This document shows positions 7,246-16,742 of a DNA stretch of 32,285 nucleotides, in pieces. A program made the translations under genes and the position numbers. Origin of the DNA: Victivallales bacterium. Its GTDB lineage: Bacteria; Verrucomicrobiota; Lentisphaeria; Oligosphaerales; Oligosphaeraceae. The first letter of the stretch is position 1, and the number at the start of each line of letters is the position of its first letter. The notes under the pieces are model-generated. The model did not search any database, was not told where the DNA came from, and was given only the letters and a program-made list of their open reading frames with translations. The stretch lies in contig JAFTAC010000355.1 in NCBI GenBank assembly GCA_017458805.1, forward strand, positions 1 to 32,285, read 5' to 3'.

Positions 7246-8748
7246 ATGAGTGACGAACAGACAGCGATGGCTCCAGAGGAGCAGAATGTCAAGAAGGAAG
7301 ATATTCGGGCGCAGCGCCTGAAGAAGGTCGAGGAGATAAAGGCGAAGGGCGGGAACCCATACGGGCACCGTGTGGATGGCATCGTCAGCAGCACGGCTGC
7401 CAAGGCGGCGTATATCGACGAGGAGCATCCCGTCAACGTGAAGGTTGCGGGACGTCTTGTTTCGTGCCGTCTGATGGGCAAGTCGCTCTTTGCGCACCTG
7501 CTGGACCAGGAGGGGCGGATACAGCTCTACGTCCAGAAGAACGTGGTGGGTGATGACGAATATGCAGCGTTCAAAGCACTGGACCTGGGCGACATCATCA
7601 GCGCGGAGGGACCTGTGTTCAAGACGCGCACAGGGGAGGTCAGCGTGAGAGCGGAGAAGTTCGAGCTGCTCTCCAAGTCCATTCGTCCGCTGCCCGAGAA
7701 ATACCACGGCCTGGTGGATATGGAGCAGCGCTACCGCCAACGCTACCTGGACCTCATCTCCAACGAGGAGGTGCGCAAGACGTTTGTGCTGCGGAGCCGC
7801 ATTGTCTCCGAGATTCGCAACTATCTTGACAGCAAGGGGTTCATGGAGGTTGAGACCCCGATGATGCAGCCTCTGGCGGGGGGCGCGGCTGCGTGCCCCT
7901 TCACGACGCACTACAATGCACTGAATGCCACGATGTACCTGCGCATTGCCACGGAGCTTTACCTGAAGCGACTGGTTGTCGGCGGCTTCGAGAAGGTCTA
8001 TGAGATTGGCCGCAACTTCCGCAACGAGGGAATGGACCGCAAGCACAATCCCGAGTTCACGAGCATTGAAATCTACCAGGCCTACTCTGACTGCCGCGGC
8101 ATGATGGAACTCATCGAGGACATGGTCTGCACTGTTGCGATGAAGCTCTTCGGCAGCCTGGTCTTCAAGCGTGAGGACGGCGTGGAAATCAACCTGACGC
8201 GCCCCTGGCGCGTGGCCCCCTACATGGACCTCATCAAGGAGAAGATGGGCGATGACTGGTTTGGCCTGCCGACCGCCGTCAAGCGCGAGAAGGCTCGTGC
8301 CCTTCAGCTCCGCATCCCCGACGAGATGGAGGACAAGGACATCACGCAGGAAATCTACGATAAGGTGATTGAGCAGACGCTCATTCAGCCCACCTTTGTG
8401 ACGCGCCTCCCCGCGTTCCTGGTGCCGCTTGCCAAGCGCTGCGAGGACGACCCCGAGCTGGTGGATGTCTATGAGCTGGAAATCAACGGGCAGGAAATCT
8501 CCCCCGGTTACTCCGAACTCAACGACCCCATTGAGCAGCGTTCGCGCTTCGACCAGCAGCTCATCGGGCGTGGCGACGTCGAGGGCGAGGTGAACCGCAT
8601 TGACGAGGACTTCCTCACGGCTCTGGAACATGGCATGCCCCCGACGGGCGGTCTTGGCATGGGCATCGACCGCATCGTCATGCTGCTGACAGGCGCCCCC
8701 TCCATCCGCGACGTCATCCTCTTCCCGCAGATGAAACTAGAGAGGTAA
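7246..8748 (+). CDS. lysS: lysine--tRNA ligase, class II
   Basis: The match is unmistakable: YLRIATELYLKRLVVGGFEKVYEIGRNFRNEG plus the motif 3 region GGLGMGIDRIVM. ATG 7246 has an SD (gagga); the alternative in-frame ATG is 7228. Confidence 0.95.
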   Translation: MSDEQTAMAPEEQNVKKEDIRAQRLKKVEEIKAKGGNPYGHRVDGIVSSTAAKAAYIDEEHPVNVKVAGRLVSCRLMGKSLFAHLLDQEGRIQLYVQKNVVGDDEYAAFKALDLGDIISAEGPVFKTRTGEVSVRAEKFELLSKSIRPLPEKYHGLVDMEQRYRQRYLDLISNEEVRKTFVLRSRIVSEIRNYLDSKGFMEVETPMMQPLAGGAAACPFTTHYNALNATMYLRIATELYLKRLVVGGFEKVYEIGRNFRNEGMDRKHNPEFTSIEIYQAYSDCRGMMELIEDMVCTVAMKLFGSLVFKREDGVEINLTRPWRVAPYMDLIKEKMGDDWFGLPTAVKREKARALQLRIPDEMEDKDITQEIYDKVIEQTLIQPTFVTRLPAFLVPLAKRCEDDPELVDVYELEINGQEISPGYSELNDPIEQRSRFDQQLIGRGDVEGEVNRIDEDFLTALEHGMPPTGGLGMGIDRIVMLLTGAPSIRDVILFPQMKLER

Positions 8749-8790
8749 TTGCAAAACTAGCGCAAATGCGCTAGTTTTGCAATTACCTCT
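8741..8790. repeat. 50-bp near-perfect palindrome spanning the lysS stop codon
   Basis: A 23-bp stem (8741-8763 / 8768-8790) has loop aaat. The lysS TAA (8746-8748) lies in the left arm. No U-run follows on either strand. Confidence 0.9.
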
Positions 8791-8816
8791 GGAACAAATA
8801 AGTTTAGGAGTCTAAT

Positions 8817-9734
8817 ATGAGAGTACTTGTAACAGGTGGCGCAGGCTTCATCGGAAGCCATATCGTGGAGCATTTTCAAGGCAAGGCGGAGGTGCGCGTG
8901 CTGGACAACCTGCGCAGCGGCTTCCTGCGCAACATCGAGCCCTTCAAGGTGGAGTTCATCGAAGGCTCCGTGCTGGACACGGAGATTCTCAAGCGCGCCA
9001 TGGAAGGTGTTGACTACGTCTTCCATCTGGCGGCCATGATCAGTGTGCCCGAATCCATGGGCAAGCCCGTGGAGTGCGTCCAGATCAACACCATCGGCAC
9101 GCTGAATGTGCTGGAGGCGGCGGCACAGGCGGGCGTCAAGAAGATGACCCTGAGCACTTCGGCGGCCATCTACGGCGACAACCCAATCGTTCCCAAGCGG
9201 GAGGACATGTTCCCCGAGCCGAAGAGCCCTTACGCGGAGACGAAGCTCTCTGGCGAGTACTACTGCGGCATCTACACGAAGGAAGGGCGTTTGAACACCG
9301 CCTGCCTGCGCTACTTCAACGTCTTCGGCCCGCGCCAGGATCCGAAGAGCCAGTATGCGGCGGCCATCCCGATCTTCATCTCCAAGGCCCTGCGCAACGA
9401 GCCCATCACCATCTTCGGGGATGGCGAGCAGACGCGCGACTTCATCTACGTGAAGGACATTGCCGCCGCCAACGCCTTCTTTGCCACGGAATCGCCTGAA
9501 ACGGGCGTCTTCAACGTGGCGTACGGCGGGCGCATCACCATCAACGACCTGGCGAAGAAGATCATCGCGATATTGGGCTCCAAGTCCGAAATCGTCTATA
9601 AGCCAGTTCGCGCAGGGGATGTGAAGCACTCCACGGCGGCCATCGACAAACTGCGCAAGGCAGGCTTCAAGCCCACCTCGGACTTCGACAAGGGGCTGGA
9701 GGCCACCGTCGCCTTCTTCAAGGCGCAGATGTAA
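8817..9734 (+). CDS. NAD-dependent sugar-nucleotide epimerase/dehydratase
   Basis: It has VLVTGGAGFIGSH and the catalytic YAETK (YxxxK). Length is typical of extended SDRs. Confidence 0.88.
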   Translation: MRVLVTGGAGFIGSHIVEHFQGKAEVRVLDNLRSGFLRNIEPFKVEFIEGSVLDTEILKRAMEGVDYVFHLAAMISVPESMGKPVECVQINTIGTLNVLEAAAQAGVKKMTLSTSAAIYGDNPIVPKREDMFPEPKSPYAETKLSGEYYCGIYTKEGRLNTACLRYFNVFGPRQDPKSQYAAAIPIFISKALRNEPITIFGDGEQTRDFIYVKDIAAANAFFATESPETGVFNVAYGGRITINDLAKKIIAILGSKSEIVYKPVRAGDVKHSTAAIDKLRKAGFKPTSDFDKGLEATVAFFKAQM

Positions 9735-9744
9735 GGGGCTGTTT

Positions 9745-10203
9745 ATGGTCAACATCCTTTTTGTCTGCGAATCGAACCGCATCGCCAGCAAGATGGCGGC
9801 AGCCTACCTTGCTGGCAAGTTGAATAGCCTTGGCGCGACTGATTTCAATGTTCAGTCGGCTGGGCTTCGCGTGCGCAAGGGCGACGGCATGCCGCCAGCC
9901 GCGCAGCAGGTCATCACCGAACTGGGGTATGACTGTGGGCGGCTGGGTGCCAAGCAGGTGGACCTAAAGGACGTGCGCTCCTCGGAGCTGATTGTCTGCC
10001 TGAGCGCAGCCGTTCTGAAGAAGCTGACGGACGACTTCTTCTCCGCGCGCGGGAAGGCCATCCACATCATGACCCAGCTTCCCGACCGTCCAGAGAACCT
10101 GCGCGACGTCTTCGAGCCGCGCTCCAACGTAGAATCCTGCCGCAACTGCCTTGCCATGATGCGCCCTGCGCTGGACAACATGGCGGAAAAGATGAAGGAA
10201 TAG
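9745..10203 (+). CDS. low-molecular-weight phosphatase-like protein with non-canonical P-loop
   Basis: The N-terminus ILFVCESNRIASKMAAAY resembles the LMW-PTP/ArsC fold signature, but the CX5R(S/T) arginine is displaced. Confidence 0.55.
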   Translation: MVNILFVCESNRIASKMAAAYLAGKLNSLGATDFNVQSAGLRVRKGDGMPPAAQQVITELGYDCGRLGAKQVDLKDVRSSELIVCLSAAVLKKLTDDFFSARGKAIHIMTQLPDRPENLRDVFEPRSNVESCRNCLAMMRPALDNMAEKMKE

Positions 10204-10263
10204 GAACTTTTCAAACTTATTCATGTCTAACGGAGTAGCACAACCACTCCCATAAGGGCCACT

Positions 10264-11559
10264 ATGAGCATCACGATAAAGAACACAGACTGCAACTTTG
10301 AGCGGGAACCGCTCATTCGCCCCTTTGGCTTCAAGGGCGGCTACATGTCGGAAATCTGGCAATCCGTGGCGGCGATGGAATCGACCAACGGCGTGCGCTC
10401 CATCGGGCTGAACACCCAGAGCGTGCTCTGGTCGGACGCCAGCATCTTCACCTCCAACAGCGAGTCCGCCGGCAACGCCATCATGTTCGCCATGACGAGC
10501 TATGCGCTGAAACTGGCGAAGGGGATGTCGTTCGAGACGCCGTTCGACCTGCTGGATCAGTTGCTTCAGCCTGTCTGGGAGTATGGCAAGTTGTTGACTG
10601 GCAACAAAAATCTGCGCCAGACCTTTGCGTTGAACTCGCTGGTGGGCGTCGATGCCGCAGCCTGGCTGCTCTATGCGCGCGAACACGGCTTCAAGAGCTT
10701 TGACGAGATGATTCCTGCGCAGTACCGTCCGATTCTCTCCTCGCGCCACGCCAAGCTGGCCTCCATTCCGTTGATGGCGTATGCCATTCCGATGGAGGAG
10801 ATTGTGCGCCACGTTGAGGAAGGCTACTTCTTCCTGAAGGTCAAAATCGGCTCCGATCCCGACAAGGACGGCGACCGCGAGAAGATGCTCCAGTGGGACA
10901 TGGCGCGTGTCGAAGCCATCCACAAGGCCATTGGCAGCCGCGAGACCCCCTACACCGAAAACGGCAAAATCCCCTACTACTTCGACGCCAACGGGCGCTA
11001 TGACTCGAAGGAACGCCTCCAGCGCTTCCTCGACCACTGCCGCAAGATTGGCTGCTTCGACCAGATAGCCATCATCGAGGAGCCTTTCCCCGAGGACTAC
11101 CTCGCCGAGGTTGGCGACCTGGGTGTGCGTGTCGCCGCCGATGAAAGCGCGCACTGCGACCACGACGTGGCGCAGCGCATCGAGCTGGGCTATTCCGCCA
11201 TCGCACTGAAGCCTATTGCCAAGACCTTGAGCATGACGCTGAAGATAGCGGAAGTGGCTGCCCGCAGCAATGTTCCGATGTTCTGCGCGGATTTGACCGT
11301 CGGCCCCATCCAAGTTGATTGGAACAAGAGTTTCGCCGCTCGCATCGGCGCTCTGCCAGGCATGAAGGTGGGCGTTGTGGAGACCAACGGCCACCAGAAC
11401 TACAAGAACTGGGCTACGATGGGCAGCAACCACTACCGCCCCAATGCCCCTTGGTCCAAGGTGGAGGGAGGCTGCTTCACCCTCAACGACGATTTCTATG
11501 CGGAATCCGCTGGCATCATGCAGGATTCACAGCACTATACACAACTGGTATTCAAATAA
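10264..11559 (+). CDS. enolase-superfamily enzyme, MLE/dipeptide-epimerase-like subgroup
   Basis: It has KxK (LKVKIG) and the metal ligands DANGRY, IIEEPF and AADES. Confidence 0.8.
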   Translation: MSITIKNTDCNFEREPLIRPFGFKGGYMSEIWQSVAAMESTNGVRSIGLNTQSVLWSDASIFTSNSESAGNAIMFAMTSYALKLAKGMSFETPFDLLDQLLQPVWEYGKLLTGNKNLRQTFALNSLVGVDAAAWLLYAREHGFKSFDEMIPAQYRPILSSRHAKLASIPLMAYAIPMEEIVRHVEEGYFFLKVKIGSDPDKDGDREKMLQWDMARVEAIHKAIGSRETPYTENGKIPYYFDANGRYDSKERLQRFLDHCRKIGCFDQIAIIEEPFPEDYLAEVGDLGVRVAADESAHCDHDVAQRIELGYSAIALKPIAKTLSMTLKIAEVAARSNVPMFCADLTVGPIQVDWNKSFAARIGALPGMKVGVVETNGHQNYKNWATMGSNHYRPNAPWSKVEGGCFTLNDDFYAESAGIMQDSQHYTQLVFK

Positions 11560-11595
11560 AGCGGGGTTCTCCCGCGCAACCACAAGGAGTTCAAC

Positions 11596-12471
11596 ATGTA
11601 TTTCACAGGTTTTGCAGACGAAGCATCCAAGGGCCTCGAAGGCCAGATCAAGGCGACAAAGGAACTGGGATGGACCAATATCGAATCCCGCGCCATTGAC
11701 GGTGTGAACATCCACGACCTCCCCGAAGACAAGTTCAACCAGGTGGCGGACGCTTTGGACGCCGCTGGCATCCACGTCAACTGCTTCGGCTCCACGATTT
11801 GCAACTGGGGCAAGAAGGTCACAGACCCCTTTGACATCACGCTTGAGGAAATCAAGCGCGCCATCCCGCGCATGCAGCGCCTCGGCACAAAGCTCATCCG
11901 CATCATGAGCTATGCACGCATGGACGACCGCGACCCGCACGACCAGATGCAGGACGAGCGCTTCCGCCGCCTGCGTGAGGTCACCAAGCGCTTCCTTGAT
12001 GCGGGCATCCAGCCTGTCCACGAGAACTGCATGAACTACGGTGGCATGGGGTGGCCCTTCACGCTGGAGCTGCTGGAGAATGTCCCTGGCCTGAAGCTGG
12101 TCTTTGACACGGGCAACTGCGTCGGCAACGATGACAAGGCGAAGGCGAAGCCATATCCCAAGCAGTCCAGCTGGGAGTTCTACGACCATGTCAAGGAGGC
12201 GGTTGCCTACATCCACATCAAGGACGGTCACTACAGCCCCGAGCGCAAGGACCTGATCTGCACCTGGCCTGGCGAAGGCAATGGCGATGTGAAGAAGATC
12301 CTTACCGACGCCTTTGCGCGTGGCTATGACGGCGGCGTCTCCATCGAGCCCCACATGCAGGTGGTCTTCCACGACGCCTCCATCAAGGCGGATCCGCAGG
12401 CGATGTATGACAACTACGTCGAGTACGGCAAGCGCATCATGGCGATGGTTGCCGAAATCAAGAAGGCGTAA
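11596..12471 (+). CDS. sugar phosphate isomerase/epimerase (xylose isomerase-like TIM barrel)
   Basis: The family pattern was recognised by eye (FADEAS..., IHIKDG, SIEPH). An SD (aaggag) lies upstream. Confidence 0.7.
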   Translation: MYFTGFADEASKGLEGQIKATKELGWTNIESRAIDGVNIHDLPEDKFNQVADALDAAGIHVNCFGSTICNWGKKVTDPFDITLEEIKRAIPRMQRLGTKLIRIMSYARMDDRDPHDQMQDERFRRLREVTKRFLDAGIQPVHENCMNYGGMGWPFTLELLENVPGLKLVFDTGNCVGNDDKAKAKPYPKQSSWEFYDHVKEAVAYIHIKDGHYSPERKDLICTWPGEGNGDVKKILTDAFARGYDGGVSIEPHMQVVFHDASIKADPQAMYDNYVEYGKRIMAMVAEIKKA

Positions 12472-12474
12472 CCT

Positions 12475-13155
12475 ATGAGCATCGAAACTGGTCTCGCAGA
12501 AGTCAAGGCACGGCTGGCCGCCGCGTTGAAGGCGGCAGGCCGCGCCGAAGGGGACGCGCGACTAATCGCGGTGAGCAAGACCGTCCCTGCGGAATGCGCG
12601 GCGGAAGCGTATCGCTGCGGTCAGCGCGCGTTCGGTGAAAACCGCGTGCAGGAGCTTTCTGAGAAGGCTCCCAAGCTGCCGACTGACATCGAGTGGCACC
12701 TCATCGGCCATTTGCAGCAGAACAAGGTGCGTGCTGCCCTGGAGCACGCCGCCTGGATTCACTCCATCGATTCCCTGGCGTTGCTTCAGCGCACGGTCAA
12801 AATCGCGGGCGAGCGGGGCGTGACGCCGAAATTGCTGCTGGAGGTCAACATCTCTGGCGAGGAGAGCAAGTTCGGGTTGACACCGTCGGATGTTCCATCT
12901 GTTCTGGAAGGATGCAAGACGCCGATGCTGGCGGGCTTTATGACGGTCGCACCGCTGGGTGCATCCGAGGCGGAACTGCACCGCATCTTCGGCGGACTGC
13001 GGGAACTGCGGGAGAGGATGGAGGTCCAATTCGGCCTTCGCCTGCCAGAACTCTCCATGGGGATGTCGGGCGACTTCGAGATAGCCGTCGCCGAGGGGGC
13101 CACGATGGTGCGCGTCGGCACCGCCATCTTCGGCCATCGCGACTACTCAAAATAA
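12475..13155 (+). CDS. yggS: YggS-family pyridoxal-phosphate homeostasis protein
   Basis: It has the LIAVSKT PLP-lysine motif, FGENRVQE, WHLIGHLQQNK and MGMSGDFE. The gene starts 3 nt after the previous stop. Confidence 0.9.
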   Translation: MSIETGLAEVKARLAAALKAAGRAEGDARLIAVSKTVPAECAAEAYRCGQRAFGENRVQELSEKAPKLPTDIEWHLIGHLQQNKVRAALEHAAWIHSIDSLALLQRTVKIAGERGVTPKLLLEVNISGEESKFGLTPSDVPSVLEGCKTPMLAGFMTVAPLGASEAELHRIFGGLRELRERMEVQFGLRLPELSMGMSGDFEIAVAEGATMVRVGTAIFGHRDYSK

Positions 13156-13173
13156 CATATTTGCGGGGGCGGA

Positions 13174-13653
13174 ATGGAAGACGAGAAACTGAAAAGCCTG
13201 CACCAAAAGAGAACTGGATGGCTGACGCGCAACGACAACCGCCTGGAAGGGGAGTTCTATGGGATGCCCTCTCCACGTGAGCGTGAACGCGAGGCTGTGC
13301 TGGCTTACTGGGTTGGCGAGGAGCGTCGGGCGGAGGTCTTTGCGGAGTTCCGCCCCGAGCCTCTTGCCATCGGCAATGTGGCCGCCTCCATCATCTCCTC
13401 CGTCTCCGTGCAGGAAATCAGCTTGCTGGACAAGTTGAAAAAGGATTGGGAGAGCATCGTGGGGCCTGTGAATGTGAAGCAGTGCCAGCCCTGCGCCCTT
13501 GAAGGAAGCCAGTTGCGCATTGAAGTTTATGCCTCCACCTGGTTGTATATTCTGAAAAGCCAGAGCCGAATCATCCAGGGAAGGGTGGAGGCCTACAGCA
13601 ACGGAGCCATCAAGGCAGTGACGTTTGCCGCTGCACGAGCGAGCAGAAAGTAA
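13174..13653 (+). CDS. DUF721 (DciA-like) domain protein
   Basis: The pattern W..IVG...........L.G..L.I.V.S..W...L over residues ~80-150 resembles DUF721, recalled from memory. Confidence 0.55.
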   Translation: MEDEKLKSLHQKRTGWLTRNDNRLEGEFYGMPSPREREREAVLAYWVGEERRAEVFAEFRPEPLAIGNVAASIISSVSVQEISLLDKLKKDWESIVGPVNVKQCQPCALEGSQLRIEVYASTWLYILKSQSRIIQGRVEAYSNGAIKAVTFAAARASRK

Positions 13654-13665
13654 AGGATTATTGGA

Positions 13666-15945
13666 ATGAAAAAGACAACGACAATGGTCTGGATATTCGT
13701 ACTTCTCCTTTTGGGGAGCTATCATAGCCTATTTGCGCAGCCAGCCGAGGCGCTGCCGCCTGTGATAAAGCCCCTGCCGCCTCCATCAGTGCAACCGACT
13801 GCGCCACCTTCTGCCGTTGAGATGAAAGCGGTGGACAACACCTCCTCGGAGCGGAAGCTGACCATTGAGGAGATGCTGGCAACCCCCATTCCCGACTACA
13901 AGCCGACCAGGGCGCATTACGTTATATCCAACACCACCGTGGATTTTCTGCGCCGCTTCCACTACAAGGCGCAGCCCGTTACGCCTGCAATCTCAAGCCA
14001 GTGGTTCAAGGAGTATCTGCGCATGCTGGATTCGCAGCATGTCATGTTTTTGCAGAGCGACATCGATGAGTTCATCTCCTATGAGACCGTGCTTTGGATG
14101 CCCGACAGGCGCCTTGTGAACGTGGAGTTTGCCTTCAAAGTCTATACGCGTTCTCTTGAACGCCTTCGGGAGCGCACGCAGTTTTTCGTCGAGGAGTTGA
14201 AGAAACCGCAGGATTTCACCGTGAAGGAGGTCCTTGTCATCGACCGCAAGGACATGCCTGCGCCGAAGGATGTCCAGGAGCAGCATGACCTCTGGCGGAG
14301 GGTCTTGAAAAACGAGCTTCTCCTGGACATTATGGACGAGGAGGCTGACGCGGAAAAAATCGCCACTGGCAAGAAGAAGCCCCCGAAAGAGCAGAAATCC
14401 AAAGAGGAGAAGCTGAACGACAAGGCGAAAATGTACGCGCGCGCCTATATGCGCCGCTGCGAGATGGAGGCTGGCGAGGTGCTAGAGTTCTTCCTCACCT
14501 CCCTCTGCCACGTTTTCGACCCTCATTCGAACTACATGGCTCCGCGCACCAAGGAGGACTTCGACATCGACATGCGCCTCTCCCTCCAGGGCATCGGCGC
14601 AACCTTGACCACCAAGGATGGCTACACCACCGTCGTCGAGGTTGTTCCAGGCGGACCTGCCGACAAGGATGGGCGCCTGAAGAAGGATGACCGCATCATC
14701 GCCGTTGCTCAGGACGGCCAGGAGCCAGTCGATGTTATCGAAATGCCGCTGAACCGTGTCGTCTCCATGATTCGCGGCCCCAAGGGCACCAAGGTTCATT
14801 TGACTGTTCTGGAGGAGGGGTCGCGCACGGGCACCGTCATCACCATCGTCCGCGACGAGGTGAAGCTTACGGAATCGGAGGCTAAGTCGGAGCTGCGCAA
14901 GATTCCGATGGAGGATGGCAAGGAGGCCACTGTCCTGATTATGCATCTTCCCTCCTTCTATTGCGACTTTGAGGGAAAATACAAGCGGAAGCCTGACTAC
15001 AAGAGCACCACGCGCGACATGCTGGCCCTGCTTCAGAAGGCGGAGCAGGATGGTTCGCTTGACGGCATTATCATGGATTTGCGGAGCAACGGCGGCGGTG
15101 CGCTGGACGAGGCCATCAGCCTGGCTGGACTATTTGTCGAGGACGGGGCGGTTGTCCAGGTGCGCAACGCGAATGGCACCATTGAAAAGCGTTATGACAA
15201 GCAGTCGGAACCCCATCATTACACACAGCCCCTGATTGTGATGGTGGACCGCTTCAGCGCCTCTGCCTCAGAAATCGTAGCGGCGACCTTGCAGGACCAT
15301 AAGCGCGCGTTAATTGTGGGGGACAGGATTACGCATGGAAAAGGCACTGTGCAGAATGTCTTTGATTTGGGACGTTACATATCGTCTAGGGCATTGCCGA
15401 ATATCAACAAGAAGGAGTTTGGCTCGCTAAAGATGACCATAGCCAAGTTCTACCGCATCAACGGCGGTTCCACGCAGGTGGAAGGGGTCAAGTCCGACAT
15501 CGTCTTTGAGTCCGTCACGGATGAGATGGAGCTGGGCGAGGAGCGTCTCCCCTACGTGCTGCCATGGGACGAGATACCCGCCATGCGCTACAACGAGTAT
15601 CAGGAGGTGGAGGCACTGCTGCCAGCCCTCAAGGCGGCCTCCGAAAAGCGCCGCGCCGAAAACGTCGATTTCCAGACCTACCACAAGGAAATCGAACTCT
15701 ACGGCCAGTTTATGAAAATCAAGGAACTGCCCTTGGATTTGGAAGGACGCCGCGCATTCCGCAAGAAGCAGGAGGAGGCTGATAATATCCTCAAGCAGTT
15801 CCGCAAGCAGTCCACCCGCAAAAAATCCTCCAAGAAGGTCTCCAAGCAGGATGACGAGGAGGAAGATGAGAAGCCACGCACCGACTTCATCCTTGATGAA
15901 ACCGTCAACATCATGGCCGACTATATCCGTGAAAAAAGGAAATAA
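13666..15945 (+). CDS. S41 carboxy-terminal (tail-specific) processing protease, secreted
   Basis: It has a signal peptide, a PDZ-like region (GIGATL...), the catalytic Ser context DRFSASASEI and the Lys context THGKGTVQ. The tail is lysine-rich. Confidence 0.88.
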   Translation: MKKTTTMVWIFVLLLLGSYHSLFAQPAEALPPVIKPLPPPSVQPTAPPSAVEMKAVDNTSSERKLTIEEMLATPIPDYKPTRAHYVISNTTVDFLRRFHYKAQPVTPAISSQWFKEYLRMLDSQHVMFLQSDIDEFISYETVLWMPDRRLVNVEFAFKVYTRSLERLRERTQFFVEELKKPQDFTVKEVLVIDRKDMPAPKDVQEQHDLWRRVLKNELLLDIMDEEADAEKIATGKKKPPKEQKSKEEKLNDKAKMYARAYMRRCEMEAGEVLEFFLTSLCHVFDPHSNYMAPRTKEDFDIDMRLSLQGIGATLTTKDGYTTVVEVVPGGPADKDGRLKKDDRIIAVAQDGQEPVDVIEMPLNRVVSMIRGPKGTKVHLTVLEEGSRTGTVITIVRDEVKLTESEAKSELRKIPMEDGKEATVLIMHLPSFYCDFEGKYKRKPDYKSTTRDMLALLQKAEQDGSLDGIIMDLRSNGGGALDEAISLAGLFVEDGAVVQVRNANGTIEKRYDKQSEPHHYTQPLIVMVDRFSASASEIVAATLQDHKRALIVGDRITHGKGTVQNVFDLGRYISSRALPNINKKEFGSLKMTIAKFYRINGGSTQVEGVKSDIVFESVTDEMELGEERLPYVLPWDEIPAMRYNEYQEVEALLPALKAASEKRRAENVDFQTYHKEIELYGQFMKIKELPLDLEGRRAFRKKQEEADNILKQFRKQSTRKKSSKKVSKQDDEEEDEKPRTDFILDETVNIMADYIREKRK

Positions 15946-15948
15946 CAC

Positions 15949-16737
15949 ATGAAACTCTCTTTGTCAGGACGCATCGTTGAACTGGACGGCAAGACCTCTG
16001 CCATGCCTGTCGTCGCATTTCTGGAAATGGCCGCGCGCTGCGGCTACGAGGCAGTGGATTTGCGTGCCTCCCAGGTGAAACCGACCACCACATCGGCTGA
16101 ATTGCAGGAAATCAAAGACGCTCTTGCCAAGCTGAAGCTTGACGTGTTCGCTGGGCAGTACAACGGGCCTCTGGCAACTCCAGAGGATGAGAAGGCTTTT
16201 ATGGCGTTCGCGGAGGCCTTGAAGGGCCTGGGAGCGCACGGCATCCGCATGTCCGCAGATGTGCCAGTGCTGAAGCGTGCCTCGCAATTGGTCGCCCCTC
16301 TGGGGCTGCGCATTCAATACCAGATGCACACAAACAGCCCCTTTGAGACGATTACGGGCGGTGCTGAAGTGGTGTCGCAGATTGGCGAGCCAAACTTCGG
16401 TCTCGTTCCCGAACCCGCCAACTTCGCGCTGGCAGGGCTGGAGTTTACAGAGACCATGCTGGAGCCTCTGCGCGGGGCCATCGCAGGCGTCCACGTCCAG
16501 ACCCTGACCGTCTTCCCTGGCGGAGCGCAGACGCTGAAGCTGAAGGACGGACGTTCCGTCAGTTACACGCGCGTTCCATACGCTGAAAACACCTGCATCC
16601 CCTTTGGCACCTTCTTCAAGGCCCTGCGCAACGTCGGCTTCGACGGCTACGTCAACGAACTAGAACCACGCCCGAAGGACGGACGCTCCGAGGAGATGGC
16701 CCTGGAGGCCGCTCGCTTCTTGAAAACCATGATTTAG
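15949..16737 (+). CDS. sugar phosphate isomerase/epimerase-like TIM-barrel protein
   Basis: This is a family-level resemblance by eye. The gene starts 3 nt after the protease stop. Confidence 0.55.
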   Translation: MKLSLSGRIVELDGKTSAMPVVAFLEMAARCGYEAVDLRASQVKPTTTSAELQEIKDALAKLKLDVFAGQYNGPLATPEDEKAFMAFAEALKGLGAHGIRMSADVPVLKRASQLVAPLGLRIQYQMHTNSPFETITGGAEVVSQIGEPNFGLVPEPANFALAGLEFTETMLEPLRGAIAGVHVQTLTVFPGGAQTLKLKDGRSVSYTRVPYAENTCIPFGTFFKALRNVGFDGYVNELEPRPKDGRSEEMALEAARFLKTMI

Positions 16738-16742
16738 AAGAA

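Noticed and set aside
7222-8631. A 469-aa minus-strand ORF antisense to lysS. Similar long antisense ORFs lie at 8757-9791, 9964-11433, 11527-12372, 16652-17617 and 18035-18880.
   Set aside because: Each lies opposite a gene with unmistakable family motifs. Their translations are Leu/Val/Arg/His/Ala-rich, low-information sequence typical of the complementary frame of high-GC genes. None has a plausible SD or a recognisable domain.
8772-8779. TAGTTTTG inside the repeated 23-mer matches the Bacteroidetes-type -7 promoter consensus TAnnTTTG.
   Set aside because: The organism does not look Bacteroidetes-like, given strong SD usage and a good TTGACA-N17-TATTTT promoter at 3192-3220. An 8-nt match is weak evidence. 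It is only worth testing by TSS mapping.
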